The notes below the pieces were generated by a model. It saw only the letters and a list, made by a program, of their open reading frames with translations, did not search any database and was not told where the DNA came from. From Octopus sinensis (lineage: Eukaryota), in contig NC_042997.1 of NCBI RefSeq assembly GCF_006345805.1, positions 127,224,001 through 127,288,000 of the forward strand: DNA of 64,000 nucleotides. The letters are read 5' to 3'. The translations under genes and the position numbers were made by a program. Positions 63,407 to 64,000 of the stretch are shown here, piece by piece (the first letter of the stretch is position 1; each line of letters starts with the position of its first letter).

Positions 63407-63893
63407 CACCTGCTGCACTCTTGGAGTGGTTGGTGCTAGAAAGGGCATCCAGGTGTAGAAACTTTGCCAGATTGGATTGAAGCCTGGTGCAGCCTTCTGG
63501 GTTGCCAGCCCTCAGTCAAACCGTCCAACCCATGCCAGCATCGAAAGTGAACGTTAAACGACGACGATGATGATGATATATGAAACTTGCTTCCTAAACA
63601 CATGGCTCCGGGTTCAGTCCCACTGCATAGCACCTTGGGCGAGTGTATTTTACTATAGATTCTGGCCAACCAAAGCCTTGTCAGTGGATTTGGTAGGCAG
63701 AAACTGAAAGAAGCCCATTGTGTATATATACACACACATGTATGTATGAATTTGTGTGTCTCTGTTTGTCCCCACACCATCACTTGACAATCAATGTTGG
63801 TGTGTTTACATCTCAGTAACATAGCAGATCAGTAAAAGAGACCAATAGAATAAATACTAAGCTTACAAAGAATAAGTCTTGGCATTGATTTGT
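63404..63893 (+). mobile_element. RTE-tail element followed by SINE family A
   Basis: agggcatccag..caacccatgccagcat..(GAT)n, then the A head and tail. Confidence 0.82.
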
Positions 63894-64000
63894 TTATATA
63901 TATATATATATATATATATCAAAGTAAAAAGTAAGAGTCAAAAGGAAGAGCAAGAACGGTTAGGCATCTTTTTAATCGCAACAAATATTTCGATATATAC

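Overview
This is a repeat-saturated eukaryotic window, most likely from an Octopus or related coleoid cephalopod. That call rests on the tRNA-derived SINE families, RTE and R4/Dong LINE remnants and the very high microsatellite load. I find no recognisable host protein-coding gene. Almost all ORF-track entries are microsatellite translations or transposon remnants. Supported content includes two mariner elements, two Merlin-type TIR elements, two Helitron-type non-autonomous copies, RTE, R4/Dong and CR1-group LINE fragments, dozens of SINEs of three head types, Penelope-like (PLE) remnants, a recent ~860-bp tandem duplication and several fold-back palindromes. The most interesting signals are: (1) a tRNA-headed, Pol III-type short element ending in a PLE-type minimal hammerhead ribozyme, inserted as an inverted dimer with one 10-bp TSD; (2) further hammerhead-like folds in unrelated repeats with different bases at core positions 3 and 8; (3) a divergent copy of the 18S rRNA 5' end behind a CCAAT/octamer/TCT promoter-like block; (4) a chain of plus-strand exon-like segments; (5) modular head/body/tail shuffling among SINEs. 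Coordinates were read by eye and may be off by a few bases. No searches or folding programs were run.
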